From positions 248,001-312,000 of the forward strand of contig NW_026864560.1 of assembly GCF_026571515.1 (NCBI RefSeq): 64,000 nucleotides of DNA, written 5' to 3'. Positions within the stretch are counted from its first letter, which is position 1. Each line of letters starts with the position of its first letter. A program made the position numbers and the translations under genes. The notes beneath the pieces are model-generated. The model ran no database searches and had not been told where the DNA came from. It saw only the letters and a program-made list of their open reading frames with translations. Below are positions 51,888-64,000 of the stretch, piece by piece. Source of the DNA: Ruditapes philippinarum. Taxonomy: Eukaryota.

Positions 51888-53013
51888 TTTTACTTTATGC
51901 TTTTGAGTGGAATACTGATTTATCCCTGAAATTATATTTGATAATTTCACAGTGGAAATTATCAAAGTATAATTTCACACTTTCAATGAGAAGACTATTT
52001 TTAAGATTTTCCCCATGTGGTACCTCAGTTATATATTTGTTGACAATTCTGACATTGTCAGGGCTGTTTAGAGAAAAGCAAAGCTGGAATTGATAAATAA
52101 CTTAAACTTCAAAAGTAATAAAAAGAAAGAAAAATGCTTCAATTCATTCAAATAACCAATCACCAAATATCGTCCCTTAATTTTTGGTTTCATTTTTTAC
52201 AGTCTGAAAAAAAAATACACTTCCTTCCATATGCAAAACTGCTTTTGATGACTTGTGGGCATATTTAAGTATCCTACGAGTTATAACTGCCTTATGCAAT
52301 ATGAAAACTTGAAAAACAATGACAGCCATCAGTCCGAAAAATAAGTAAACAAACCAGCGTTCCTAAGACACCCTTTCACCAATTCCATGTTTTGGGGTTA
52401 ATTTCCTAATTCTTAGAAGCTTTTTGAATATTTTCACATCTGTCAACAATTATTTATTGTCTGTAAAATTCTCAAATAAGTTTCCTTTCTTATAAAAGAT
52501 GTATGATTCACAAGTCCAAATAGCCGTGAAATACACAACTTTAATAAATGGTGGCCGTTTATATTATTCATAGCCTGGTCTAATATAAATTCGCCGTAAG
52601 TAACGAAAATAAGGTCGGATGGTGTGACTTTTTCTACTACTAGAATTGTTTGTTTTTATTTTTAAAACATGCGATCATTCATATTTTGCGAATAAAATAA
52701 ATAATATCATTGACATTTAACGTTAATTGTCAAACTTATTTTTCAACTCAAGACTTCTTGTAAGTCGACTAAAATGAGGCTACCAGTGGGGAAAACAGAT
52801 TTTAATATTAAAGTTAATATTGAGAAAATTTCATTTAAACTTGTTTTAAGCATAAAATAAAAAAATGTTTGTTGTGTAATTTGTAATTTTATTTCATCTC
52901 GTGAACTTTAAATACAGTATTCTCACGCCACTCGTAAGAATTCTGTTTTTAAAGCTCACTCGATGAAATAAAATTTCATCATACACACAAACAATCAAAT
53001 ATTCTCTATGTAA
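51888..53013 (-). mobile_element. Second, longer copy of the palindromic non-autonomous element seen at 13331-13887
   Basis: Ends in CAAATATTCTCTATGTAA, the reverse complement of TTACATAGAG[A/G]ATATTTG at 13331. It has a hairpin at about 52865-53000 and the IR pair TTTTACTTTATGCTT (51888) / AAGCATAAAATAAAA (52848). Confidence 0.65.
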
Positions 53014-53615
53014 ACCGGAAGGCATTGTTTATTCAAAGAGTGGAATGCTTTTGCAGGTTTTTAGTGACCACAGCTCCAACTGTTATAAACAAATAATACG
53101 GTGTAACTATGTTTCGGCATAAACGATGTACTGAAAGTGAAATGTTGCAATTACAATCATTATGATTTTCAATATGCGGCTAGTTTTGAAAACGATGATT
53201 TGCTCTTTGAAATATGATTCACAGCTTGTAGTAGAAAAAAACGACTTTTCCTTCTCTGTTATTTATGCAATTCCCATGTGTAATTCACACGATCCCTCTG
53301 TCTTCTATTTGCTTCATATCAGTCATCACATATTTAAACCAAGACTTTTTTGTTCACTAATGACAACTTCAGGATATTAAAAAGGTAGTCATTTAATACA
53401 TGAACTCGTATATTCAGACAACTACAATGATAAACCATTCTAATTGAATATTTTTGTTCAAGTTTTGTTCCTTAGCGTGAACGTTACCCTAGATAAAAGT
53501 TTAATATTATACTTTTTAAGCGGGCGATGGTTGAAGTATTGTTATCAGTGTCATTCACGTCATCACTTTATCTTTCAACAATTTCACAGCATCTGGATAG
53601 AAATGACAAACATAC

Positions 53616-56600
53616 TCAATTTCTTTTCTGAAATAAAACGTCTGCTGCACCAGCCGCGAACATTGTCATTCCACAAGTGTAGCCTCTACGCTTCATATAC
53701 ATGCAAAGGCTCTCGCTTCCTCCCGGCCACTTGTCAAATTCAATTGACATCATTGTAATGTTCACATTTCTCCAAGGTACAGTATTTAGAACACCAAGCT
53801 CTACACCCTCTACATCTAAGCTTAGAAAATCAACATTTGTTCGATTTAATGCAAGAAGGATTGAATAGAGCGGGAAACATTGTACTTCAACAATTTGCTC
53901 TTGCTTAAATTTTTGTTTTGCATTGTTCTTTACTATTCCTCCAATAACTGGTGTAGTTGTCATGTATTCCTGTAAAAGAGATAGACAAGTAATTTTTCGC
54001 GAGAGGGTTGACTTTGAGTTTTGAAGTTAGTGGCCTAGTGGCCTGGCGACCAAGCGGAGTGAAGTTTGCGGCCTTGAGGCGTTATGCAGGCGACATAACA
54101 GCCTGAAGTTGGCGGTCTAGCGGCCCAGCAGCAACTGATATTTTTAGAATTGTTTATTTAAAAAGGCCTTTCATGAAAAATTATGGAAAATTAAGACATA
54201 TTGTAATTTCCTGGATACAAAAACAGAAAAAAAGTCAATTTCAAACATGTTTTATCATTTTTACATTGGTGGCTTTGCACTCGTCCGATATATAGTCTAC
54301 TTTACTCCATAAGAGCACGTCACTTTAGTATAAACTAGAAATGTGTCCATAAGACACGGGTGCCCCAACACTCCACTGTTCTGTCAATCTTATGACTCTA
54401 GGTCAAATATTTTTTGGACTACATGAGCCACAAGTTGAAAACCGAAAAAATACTAAGTAAAGGGCAAGAACTTTATAACTACTGTATAAATCCACAAGCA
54501 AACCCAAAGTTGCATAAGTACACATGCTGACCAACATTCTTGTAAACTTTCAGGCCTACAAGTCAAATACTTTTTGAGCTATGAATGAGAAAGTTTAAAA
54601 TTACAAATTTATACTACTGTAAGTCAAGGGCAATAGCTCTTACAAAAGTGAAAGAAAATTCACAAAGTCCCAGGTGCATAGCTTCACAGTGATCATTATT
54701 CCTGTAAAGTTGGTTGATTCTAAATCAAGCACTCAAAGAACAAATAACACAACATTATAAAACGGTTTTACTAAGTCAAGGGCAATAACAAAAATACTGG
54801 AAAATTCCACAAGTGAAACCCAAGGTGCACATCTACATATGCTTAGCAACATTCCTGAGGTTTCATGACTCTATGTCAAATCCTTTTTGAGTTACGTGCG
54901 AAACAAGTTGAAAATTGCAAAATTTTACTATGTCAAGGGCAATTACTCTAAAATACTAAATAAATCAACATGAAAATACCCATGTGCACAACTACACATG
55001 CTGATCATCATTCATGTTAAGTTTCATGACTCTAGGTCAAATACTTTTGAGTTACGTGCGACACAAGTTGAAAATTGCACATGTTTACTAAGTCAAGGGC
55101 AATAACTCTAAAAATACTGAAAAAATCCACACGAAATTACTCAGGTGCACAACTGACAATTGAATTAAAATTTAAGATTGATGTCATTCATAATAAAAAT
55201 ATGAACACATTTAGGTAGAGTTTTGCCTTCCGTACTCCCGGTTGATGTTAACCTGACTTTTTAATCATGACGTAGACCAAATAACGCCAGAAAACGAAAT
55301 AGCTTGCAACTGAAGCAGGCTCTAATACAAGCAACTTCAAAGGTTATGCAGAGTGTTTGATAAAACGGCTTATAAACTGACGAAGATCCAATATTCTGTG
55401 GAAAGCTTATATTTTTCCCCGTAGACTGGTGCATATCCCAAAGAAATTGGTACAGAAATAAAATATTAACATCTATTTTCGTTTCCGAATCGAGCAACAT
55501 TTGTCTTGGAAATGATGCCGAAAGTGACGTCATAGTCACGTGGTATTGCACGTGCAGATCAACATTCCAGTTACGTTTCATGACTCTAGGTCAAATACTT
55601 TTTGAGTTACGTGCGACAGTAAAGATAACGGACAGACGGACGGACGGAATTGCCAACATTTGGGGTTTATTTGCTTTTTCTTTCATCTTTATCAATGTGG
55701 CCATACCACGTGACCTTTCGGGTACGGAACACGCCGATTTTTCCCCCGATTCATGTATGTTTTTTATTCATAACTTATTTATTACTCTACCGATTTTGAT
55801 CAGATAAGGCGCAGAGTACCCATAATTATATCAGTTATCCACGGTATATCAAAATTCTGAAAACCCCTGAATAGTTTTTGAGAACATTCGAGTACAGTTT
55901 TCTTTTCATAGCCTGGCCCGAGGGGAACGGTACACACTCATTTGGCATAACAGGCGATTTCTAGCAAGTCATATGTTTTTTGACACTATTTCATAGAAAA
56001 ATACATGTTAAATCTGATATATTTACTATGTCCAATGTATCGAGTGAATGCAATGATGTTTTAGCATATTTTCATAAAGTTATGTTGAAATGATACGGAA
56101 CACACTGTTATTTCAAAAGATACGGTACACACACAATTTCTGTCTTTGAAACAATTCTAAAATAAAATATATAAAAAAATTAATTTCAATTATTATGTGA
56201 GTGATTTTTTTCATAGATATACATTTTATTAATTTAAACGAGAACCCTGGGACCTGTTTTGCAAAGTATCATTATGCCTACAGTTTGTTGTAAACAGGAT
56301 TATTAAAAAAATAAAAGAAAATTTTGAGAGTACGTTGCGCAAAATTCGGTTTTATATGTTGAGCAATTATTATTTGGCTATAAAATGTTAAAATTTTAGG
56401 GAGGAATACGGAAGACATTGTTTTGTTTTGATTTTCATTTGAAACAATTAGGTATATTCTTTTGATTATAAAACGAATTGTGAAATTCATGGACATCTGT
56501 TATGTGTGATTATTATTTCATTTAATTTGTTTGTTCGAATATATAAATGACTGTCTAAACGTAGTATGAATATATAAACAAACAAGAAGTTAGGAGTAAG

Positions 56601-59600
56601 TTGGAATATATGTTCCTTGCAAAATGTTGTTTAAATAATCGAATTTGGAGGAAAAACGCTGGTTTTGATGTAAGAGGATTTTTTTAAATCACGGAAAGTT
56701 TAAAGTTTTTTTTTCGGCCACATAATATTTGGTATGAATAATCTGCCAGGGTCCCAAACTAACTGCATGTATCTTAATTATCAAATTATCTAAATATGGA
56801 CAAATATATTTCGCAGTTTTACGTGAAATCAAAATTAATAATTTGATAATTTGAAGAACCCATATGGGAACAAGGCCTGTTATATATATCGTAACGTAAG
56901 CCGTAGTTTATACAAGGTAACCTTGTTACATATACGTGTAAGGATAAACATGTTAGGAAATTTGGTAAAATTATGCCTATCTTGGACTTTCATTTCAAGA
57001 TGCATTAAACACTTGAGTTCATGGATATGTGTGCTTGCGTGTTTGTGTTAAAAATAAAATGATATTTAATAATACCCATTTTGTCAATCAAATGCTATGG
57101 ATTTTGGAGGCTGCGTTCTGTTTTATATACTACACGAAGTAGGTACGAGACCACAAAGTGTCACTTCGATGTTTCGATTTTTTATGTGAGAAAGTTTACT
57201 ACCGTACAGAATGTCGGTCGTTTTACTCAGGTGCCCGTTCGTTCCTTTATTTGTACCCAAAGGGGCACTTATAAAACTCGAAAGTCGCCACATGAAATGT
57301 CAGTTTTATGAGCCGTGAAACCAAACCAAAAAATGACATCATTACATGAATTAAAAGTTATTTTTTAAAGCTTCATGCCTTTAAACATTAAAATTTAAGC
57401 AATGGCGACTACATTTTTATTTGTTTGGGTCGTCAGACAAAACAAATAATGGTAGCGAAATTTCAGGCTCTGATATGCTTATTTGCAAAATAAGAAAGTA
57501 GTCCGAACCCCTGGAAGCGTTATCTACCTTTATATGTACTCTAACGCTGAAAAGATAAGGGGGGATCACTGTGTTAAGATTGTCAAATGACGGGCGCATT
57601 AAATTTTCAAGCCTTCTCGGGAGAAGAAAAAGTAGTTCCCGATTGGTCAAAGACTTCAAATATTGTGTAATTCTTTACAGATATACATGTAATATTAAGC
57701 TCCATGATTATTTACATCAGTGTCAAACGAAATAAATAAGGGTTACAAACCCTAATATAGAATGATATGGTTTTCTTCAGACTGTTATCTTATAACTTCC
57801 CCGTGGTCGAGGGGTTACACGCTCTTTTAGGAAGAGAGATGTCCTGAGTTCAAATCCAAGTTAAGGCATGCTTTTTTTTTTAAAATTGTTTAAGCAAAAT
57901 AAACAATGCATTACATATCAGTGTTGCAATAAGCCTTATAGCCAATTTACTACAGTTATGATACTAGAAACAACATTGGTGGCACTATACAAAAACAAAT
58001 TGGTTTACAATCTCACAGCCTCCACCTTTCTGACATTCTAAGACCCAAACAAATTCAGTGCCTTCTGTGATTTGATTTAATTAAACATGACCATGATATT
58101 GCAAAATTGTACCTAATGACTTGCTTATTATTAACAAAATATAAATATATATAAATTGTTATCAAGTAATGATACTTTTTAGCGATTTAGGTCATGACCT
58201 TGTTTTATTTTTTCAGGATGAAGCAAAAAGACATATCTTACTTCACTTAAACTAAAAAAATAAAAAACAACAATAAACACAGCATTATATAACAACATCT
58301 TCTTTCTATAGAGCGCAACTACCTGATTCTGTGAAGATTGAAGTGTTTACCCTAGGTGATTTTAAATAAAACAATTACATGGAGGTTGTAAATGTAAATG
58401 CGTGATCTCTTGAAATATATAGTGCACAAATACATATAAACATTAAAAGTAAGCATTACGATACATTTCAAAAGAGGTCCCTGGGTTCTCGTTTAAATTA
58501 ATAAAATGTATAACTATGAAAAAAATTACTAACATTATAATTGAAATTAAATTTTAGTAATTTTTATTTAAGCATTATTACAAAGACAGAAATTGTGTGT
58601 GTACCGTATCTTTTGAATAACAGTGTGTTCCGTACCATTTCAACATAACTTTATGAAACTATGCTAAAACGTCATTGCATTCACTTGATACATTGGACAT
58701 AGTAAATATATCAGATTTAACATGTATTTTTCTATGAAATAGTGTCAAAAAACATATGACTTGCTAGAAATTGCTTGTTATGGCAAATGAGTGTGCGCCG
58801 TTCCCCTCGGCCCAGGCTATGAAAAGAAAACTGTACTCGAATGTTCTCAAAAACTATTCAGGGGTTTTCAGAATTTTGATATACCGTGGATAGCTGATAT
58901 AATTACGGGTACTCTGCGCCTTATCTGATCAAAATCGGTTGAGTAATAAATAAGTTGTGAATAAAAACATACCTGAATCGGGTGAAAAATCGGCGTGTTC
59001 CGTACCCAAAAAGTCACGTGGTATGGCCACATTGTTTATGAGGGATTTTTCCCCATAAACCAGTAAAATTACCACATTTATAAACCAGTCGGTTTATGGG
59101 ATTTTCTTCTTCCTTTAACTAAAATTATGGACGGAATGAAGCTCAAAGACCAGTTGATGTTCGCCCGGACCGACGGATTGATGGACGGACAAGGGTAAAT
59201 CTACCCCCCCCCCCAGTGGGGGCACAAAAATATCAGTATTATGACCAAATACAGTTTTCTTGGAGTTGCCTTTCTGATATCGTATGATATTTTTTTCTTT
59301 TTAGTACAAATCGCCAAGTGTTTGCTTTGTAACCCATTCCTAGACTACCTAAGAAACTTTTGAACAAAGAATAAAATATAGATTTATGCGTACGATGGAA
59401 GAGTTAGACAAATATCAATTTGAAACATGTTTACCTTTGATGGATATGGATGGACACTAAGACAGGCATTTATGATGTAAGCTTTTCTTCTTTTAAGACG
59501 TAATTTCTGAAAACTTTTAGATAGTGGTTCTATTAGAACTCCTGTCCAATTTCTATATCTTTCGAAGAAAAGAGTGTTCGACAAATATTCTCCATCATGA

Positions 59601-60061
59601 GCCCCGCTTTCAACAAAAAACCCTTCTTTCTGTAACAGAATTGAGGCATCTGGTCGTTAAAATAAGTTTTAGAAAAGAGTAACAAAAGAAATTATACAAT
59701 GCAATACAATTCATTATTGCATATCAGACAGGATTATCTACGGTTTATACAAGTGCCATGTAAGACAAGTCGCGTGCTTTAAATGACGTCATTGATGCAC
59801 GCATTTTATGAATAAATTACGTTCTAAGGATGACATTTTACTGTTAACTTATGAATGAAGTTGTAAAGTCATGATGTACGCTACAATAAAAACAAATAGC
59901 GTAATGAGAATATAATATGGTGGGATAATGTTACGTTCTAATTATACAATATTAAGCTCTTTTTCTGGTTAATATTTAGCAATTTATATTTCTTCAATAA
60001 AAAAGTGTTGAAACAAATAAAATAGACCTTATATCTTGAAAACAAAAACACTCGCATAATG

Positions 60062-60123
<62 letters not shown>

Positions 60124-62193
60124 CATACGCGCGCGAACAAGCAACACCTTAGTAATCTGGAAAATTGGAGTTCCCGCCCGAGCAAAGAAAGGAAAGTAGT
60201 AAAAGGTGAAAATTGCAGATTCAGTCTGATTGAATATATTCAGGAGAGATGATGGTATAGATTCAATAAACATTTGTTTTAGAAAATCAATGTTAAATTT
60301 TTTTTGCTGGTACTTTTATACTTTGCTTTTTAATGTTTCAATATTTTTTTAATATTATATTTTGAAATTCTTTGTAGAACGCTTCATTCAAACATTAAAC
60401 TTTCTGTTCAGTTTGTTCACGTATTTGAACTTCATTTAAAACTGTGTTAAACATTCATTTGCACAATGTAAATCGGGACTCTTTTTGTCCCATTTGTCAA
60501 ACACATAGCTAGTTATAGTTAGTATAATGTAACATGATACCTATTTTGAATAGAGGTTATTTACTATGATTCGTACTTCATACATAAAAGGTTGCATATT
60601 ATTGGTGATCGAGAAGCACTGTTAGATCTCATTTTCTGACATCTGGTCAATTTTCAGAAGTGTAATAAGTTTATGGTTTTTATTTGGTGACAATGTTTAA
60701 CAGCTCACATGATAGTATTTTCATCTTTTTTACCAGTTTCATATGCATTATTACTCTATAATTATAATAATAAACAATACTACTAATAATGTATTGACTA
60801 TTGTCCTGCTGCTATTTTTTGCAAACGGAATACAAAATTTACAAATTTGCTTGTACTTTTACACTTTGCTTTTTAATGTTTCAATATTTTTTTAATATTA
60901 TATTTTGAAATTCTTTGTAGAACGCTTCATTCAAACATTAAACTTTCTGTTCAGTTTGTTCACGTATTTGAACTTCATTTAAAACTGTGTTAAACATTCA
61001 TTTGCACAATGTAAATCGGGACTCTTTTTGTCCCATTTGTCAAACACATAGCTAGTTATAGTTAGTATAATGTAACATGATACCTATTTTGAATAGAGGT
61101 TATTTACTATGATTCGTACTTCATACATAAAAGGTTGCATATTATTGGTGATCGGGAAGCACTGTTAGATCTCATTTTCTGACATCTGGTCAATTTTCAG
61201 AAGTGTAATAAGTTTATGGTTTTTATTTGGTGACAATGTTTAACAGCTCACATGATAGTATTTTCATCTTTTTTACCAGTTTCATATGCATTATTACTCT
61301 ATAATTATAATAATAAACAATACTACTAATAATGTATTGACTATTGTCCTGCTGCTATTTTTTGCAAACGGAATACAAAATTTACATATTTGCTTAAATC
61401 TTAAATTTAAAAAGAACATCATTCGTTTATTATGTCAATCGGGAAATTTTAATTCTTTAAAATATAACTGCAACACTACGGCTTTTTAACATAATATGTT
61501 TGCTTTATAGAATCGAATCTGTGTACTATTTTTTTTCTGGATTCGATATTGCTTATGCCAGTTATAGGCTACGTAAGGAGAAGCACTTTTGACACGTTTA
61601 ATGGATATGAAAAGTCAAAGAAAATCATGAAAAATATATATCATAACACGCTCTTATCCATGATTTATTCTTACTGTAGAATAATTCAGAAACTAATACA
61701 AGTGAAACGGTATAGCTATATCTACAATAAGAGATATAATACGAATTTTCAAGACACTTACTTTGTAACCTAGTCTATTGTCAACAAAAGCCGCTTGTCC
61801 CATGGAAGTATCCCGTTTGTTTATTTCTGCTAAATTGTATGGAAGATTGGATGGTGGTACAATAAAATGTTCCCGTATCATCTGTAGAAGACGCGGGTTA
61901 TCAGCGTCGACTTTTTCTTTATTCAGTTTTTTCATCTCATCTTTATAGCCGCTTTTCAAAGTACTCGAATCCAGAATTTTTTTATAGTCACGGGAAACTT
62001 TCTTGGTCATATTGGTTATACGTGCATCTTGTTCACTATTCGAAAATGTTTTTTTAAAACTATTATCGGAAATATCGTCTAATTGTTGTTTATTTTGTTT
62101 TGAATTGCTAAAATTTATATGAACAATTAGCCAAACTATTACGAATAAATTTATTATATTAAACGCATGTTGCAAAATATTCCTACGATTCAT
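53616..62193 (-). CDS. Star-like type II membrane protein with FkbM (Methyltransf_21) SAM-dependent methyltransferase domain, 3 exons, about 326 aa
   Basis: Exons 62193-61762, 59629-59435 and 53969-53616 (phase 0/0, GT-AG). N-terminal TM segment (AFNIINLFVIVWLIVHI). Motifs SMGQ, GFFVESGAHDGEYLSNTLFFE..NWTGVLIEP, INACLS, VQCFPLYSILLALNRTNVDFLSLDVEGVELGVL. Confidence 0.9.
57130..57332 (+). mobile_element. Highly degenerate SINE copy inside the foldback spacer
   Basis: tatgtgagaaag...gtcggtcgttttactcaggtgcccgttcgt...aggggcact...aaagtcgccacatg...aaaccaaaccaaa matches the SINE body and tail. Confidence 0.6.
57797..57881 (+). pseudogene. tRNA-like sequence with Pol III A/B boxes and oligo-T terminator
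   Basis: A box TGGTCGAGGGG, anticodon-like hairpin CTCTT-TTAGGAA-GAGAG, B box GTTCAAATCC, and a T10 run at 57872-57881. The acceptor stem pairs poorly. Confidence 0.45.
60064..60135. repeat. Compound (CA)n/(CACG)n microsatellite
   Basis: Directly visible. Confidence 0.95.
60303..61394. repeat. 543-bp near-perfect tandem duplication in intron 1 of the methyltransferase gene
   Basis: Units 60303-60845 and 60846-61388; TTTGCT at 60303, 60846 and 61389. Confidence 0.93.
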
Positions 62194-62439
62194 TTTAATA
62201 AAATCAACTTATCAATTATACGTTAACTAAATTCATTTATCGAAAAGTACGTGCTTTTTTAAAGATCCAGTATCGATTGGTAGTATTTTACAACACACGG
62301 CAGATATAATATTGCTATTTGACCTTTTTAAGTGTATTTGCATTCTACTTTTTTTTTTAATTCTGTCACTGTATACTCTTATTTATTTGTGTCAGGTCAG
62401 ATAACGCGCTTGAACAACTGTGAATATATATATACTATA

Positions 62440-62693
62440 NNNNNNNNNNNNNNNNNNNNNNNNNNNNNNNNNNNNNNNNNNNNNNNNNNNNNNNNNNNNN
62501 NNNNNNNNNNNNNNNNNNNNNNNNNNNNNNNNNNNNNNNNNNNNNNNNNNNNNNNNNNNNNNNNNNNNNNNNNNNNNNNNNNNNNNNNNNNNNNNNNNNN
62601 NNNNNNNNNNNNNNNNNNNNNNNNNNNNNNNNNNNNNNNNNNNNNNNNNNNNNNNNNNNNNNNNNNNNNNNNNNNNNNNNNNNNNNNNNNNNN
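62440..62693. other. Assembly gap (254 N), flanked by (TA)n and (ATCT/CTAC)n-like simple repeats
   Basis: Run of N. Confidence 1.
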
Positions 62694-63233
62694 ATTGATC
62701 TACCTATCAATCTATACCTACCAATCTACCTATCTACCTACCACGCGGATCGGTTGGATGAATAAGTTCCTGTAGACATGCTATCTATATTTATAAAAAA
62801 ATGGTTCCCTAAATCCTGGTTATACTAGTAACACATTAATTGATAAACTAAGATGATAAATTCGAGTTTACCCAAACGTTTATTAAATCTGAAAATGTGA
62901 TGTTTTCAAGTGTACATAAAGTGTACGTCTTTCAAGAACATAAATCATGCAGGAAATAAATTGAATATTGCCCTGGTCGTAGAATGTAAAAAGATTTTTT
63001 TTTCAATATTCTAAAACAAACAATGTTCACTTCTTTGGTAGGCAGCTTTCAAAGAATGTTCATTTATATTGCACTGTTTCACTCATGGACAACGTTGAAG
63101 ATAATGCTTACGAATAAACTATTTCATCAGACATTTTAATCTAGATCATTCAGTTATCTTACTTATTCACGACCAGTCAAACATTACATGTGGCTATCAA
63201 AACAAAACAAACATATGGACAGTTTTTAAAAAG

Positions 63234-64000
63234 ATGTATACTTTAACTATTACGTTTGTTATTTTGGTATCAATATTTGATGCAAAATGTGACGAGTCAG
63301 GAGATGATTTCAAAGCCAGACTCATTGCTTTGGAGAATAAATGTGAGTAATATTTGAAATAATATAAAAACGGAACAAAATCCTGATTTAATGTAAAAAT
63401 TGCACAAAGAATTTCAATTTAATTTCATAAAATGCAAATATGTATAAAAGAGTATTAAATGAAATCCTTGTAATAGGTAGATTTCCTTATCTCCATTTAA
63501 GAAATAAAAACAATGTGTAATATGGTAGGCAGGATAATATTTTGATACATGTATAATTATTCATACAAGGATGTTAAGAGAATTTACAGAAATAGCTTTC
63601 TCAGATACTCTGTATTCCTGCTACCTTTAAGCGCCTTGCGTAACATAGATTTTGCATTTTTCATAAATTTATTAACATTTTATTCTCTAAATCACTGTTA
63701 CTCCAGTAAGAATTGATGGTTATCATTACTGTTTGGTGTACTTGTATGCATTTTATCACTATATTTTGATATGAATTCATTATAGTATTTTTAATTTGCA
63801 GTGGAAAGACAAGCAGTACAGATAATTTCTCTTCAGAAAGAGGTTTCTACCCAAGAAAACACCATTGCTGACCTGAAAGAAAAAGTTGACGCCCAGGACA
63901 ACGATAAAAAGAAAATGGAAGCTGAAATACTGAAGTTAAAACGGGAATCACTGAAGCACAACCGAATAATAAAACACTTATTGAAACTTGTCAAAAAGGC
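63234..64000 (+). CDS. 5' part of a second secreted coiled-coil (probable C1q-domain) protein, paralog of 39535-41532; truncated by the window end
   Basis: Exon 1 63234-63342 is 109 nt, the same length and phase as the paralog (MYTLTITFVILVSIFDAKC...RLIALENK). Exon 2 starts at 63802 (ERQAVQIISLQKEVSTQENTIADLKEKVDAQDNDK, aligning with ERQALRIRTLENTVSAQEKTIAELSERAASQDNDK). It is not in the ORF track. Confidence 0.88.

Larger units (their letters stand above)
55693..59034. mobile_element. Non-autonomous DNA transposon/foldback element with about 590-bp TIRs and a 5-bp TSD
   Basis: Arms 55693-about 56281 and about 58449-59034 are near-identical reverse complements (CAATGTGGCCATACCACGTGAC... / ...GTCACGTGGTATGGCCACATTG). 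TTTAT flanks both ends (55688-55692 and 59035-59039). There is no long ORF inside. Confidence 0.9.
54332..59230 (-). mobile_element. HINE/pearl-like element (reverse orientation) with about 160-bp tandem repeats, interrupted by further insertions
   Basis: Termini mirror the 31372 element: aactagaaatgtgtccataagacacgggtgcccc at the left, and (GACG)n...cccccagtgggggcacaaaaa at the right. The repeat marker ATGACTCTA[G/T]GTCAAAT occurs at about 54393, 54866, 55026 and 55580. Confidence 0.7.

Noticed and set aside
59938-60273. 111-aa ORF with CVCV repeats
   Set aside because: It is a translation of the (CA)n microsatellite within an intron.
62332-62775. ORFs containing X runs
   Set aside because: Artefacts of the N gap.

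Overview
AT-rich eukaryotic (animal) DNA with spliceosomal introns. It is most likely from a bivalve mollusc, judged from the C1q-domain genes, expanded peptide-receptor-like GPCRs, and the SINE and Helentron-like repeats. The supportable genes, in order, are: a FoxH-type forkhead gene (minus, single coding exon); a complete 9-exon SLC35C2-like nucleotide-sugar transporter (plus, about 402 aa); three tandem class A GPCR paralogs with intronless CDSs, with a 3-exon secreted coiled-coil/C1q gene between the first two; a 3-exon Star-like FkbM methyltransferase (minus, about 326 aa); and the 5' part of a second C1q-type paralog running off the window end. Most short ORFs in the track are spurious or are exon fragments. 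Intergenic and intronic DNA is rich in repeats, often nested: an L1/Tx1 LINE, a CR1/L2 3' end, tRNA-derived SINEs, Helentron-like tandem-repeat elements, a foldback element with about 590-bp TIRs, and minisatellites. The most notable leads are a 30-bp minisatellite next to FoxH made of TCF/LEF plus GATA motif matches; GPCRs that all replace the conserved TM2 Asp with His, beside a C1q protein with prohormone-like cleavage sites; and a luminal methyltransferase as a candidate glycan O-methyltransferase. All functional interpretations are hypotheses from manual reading.
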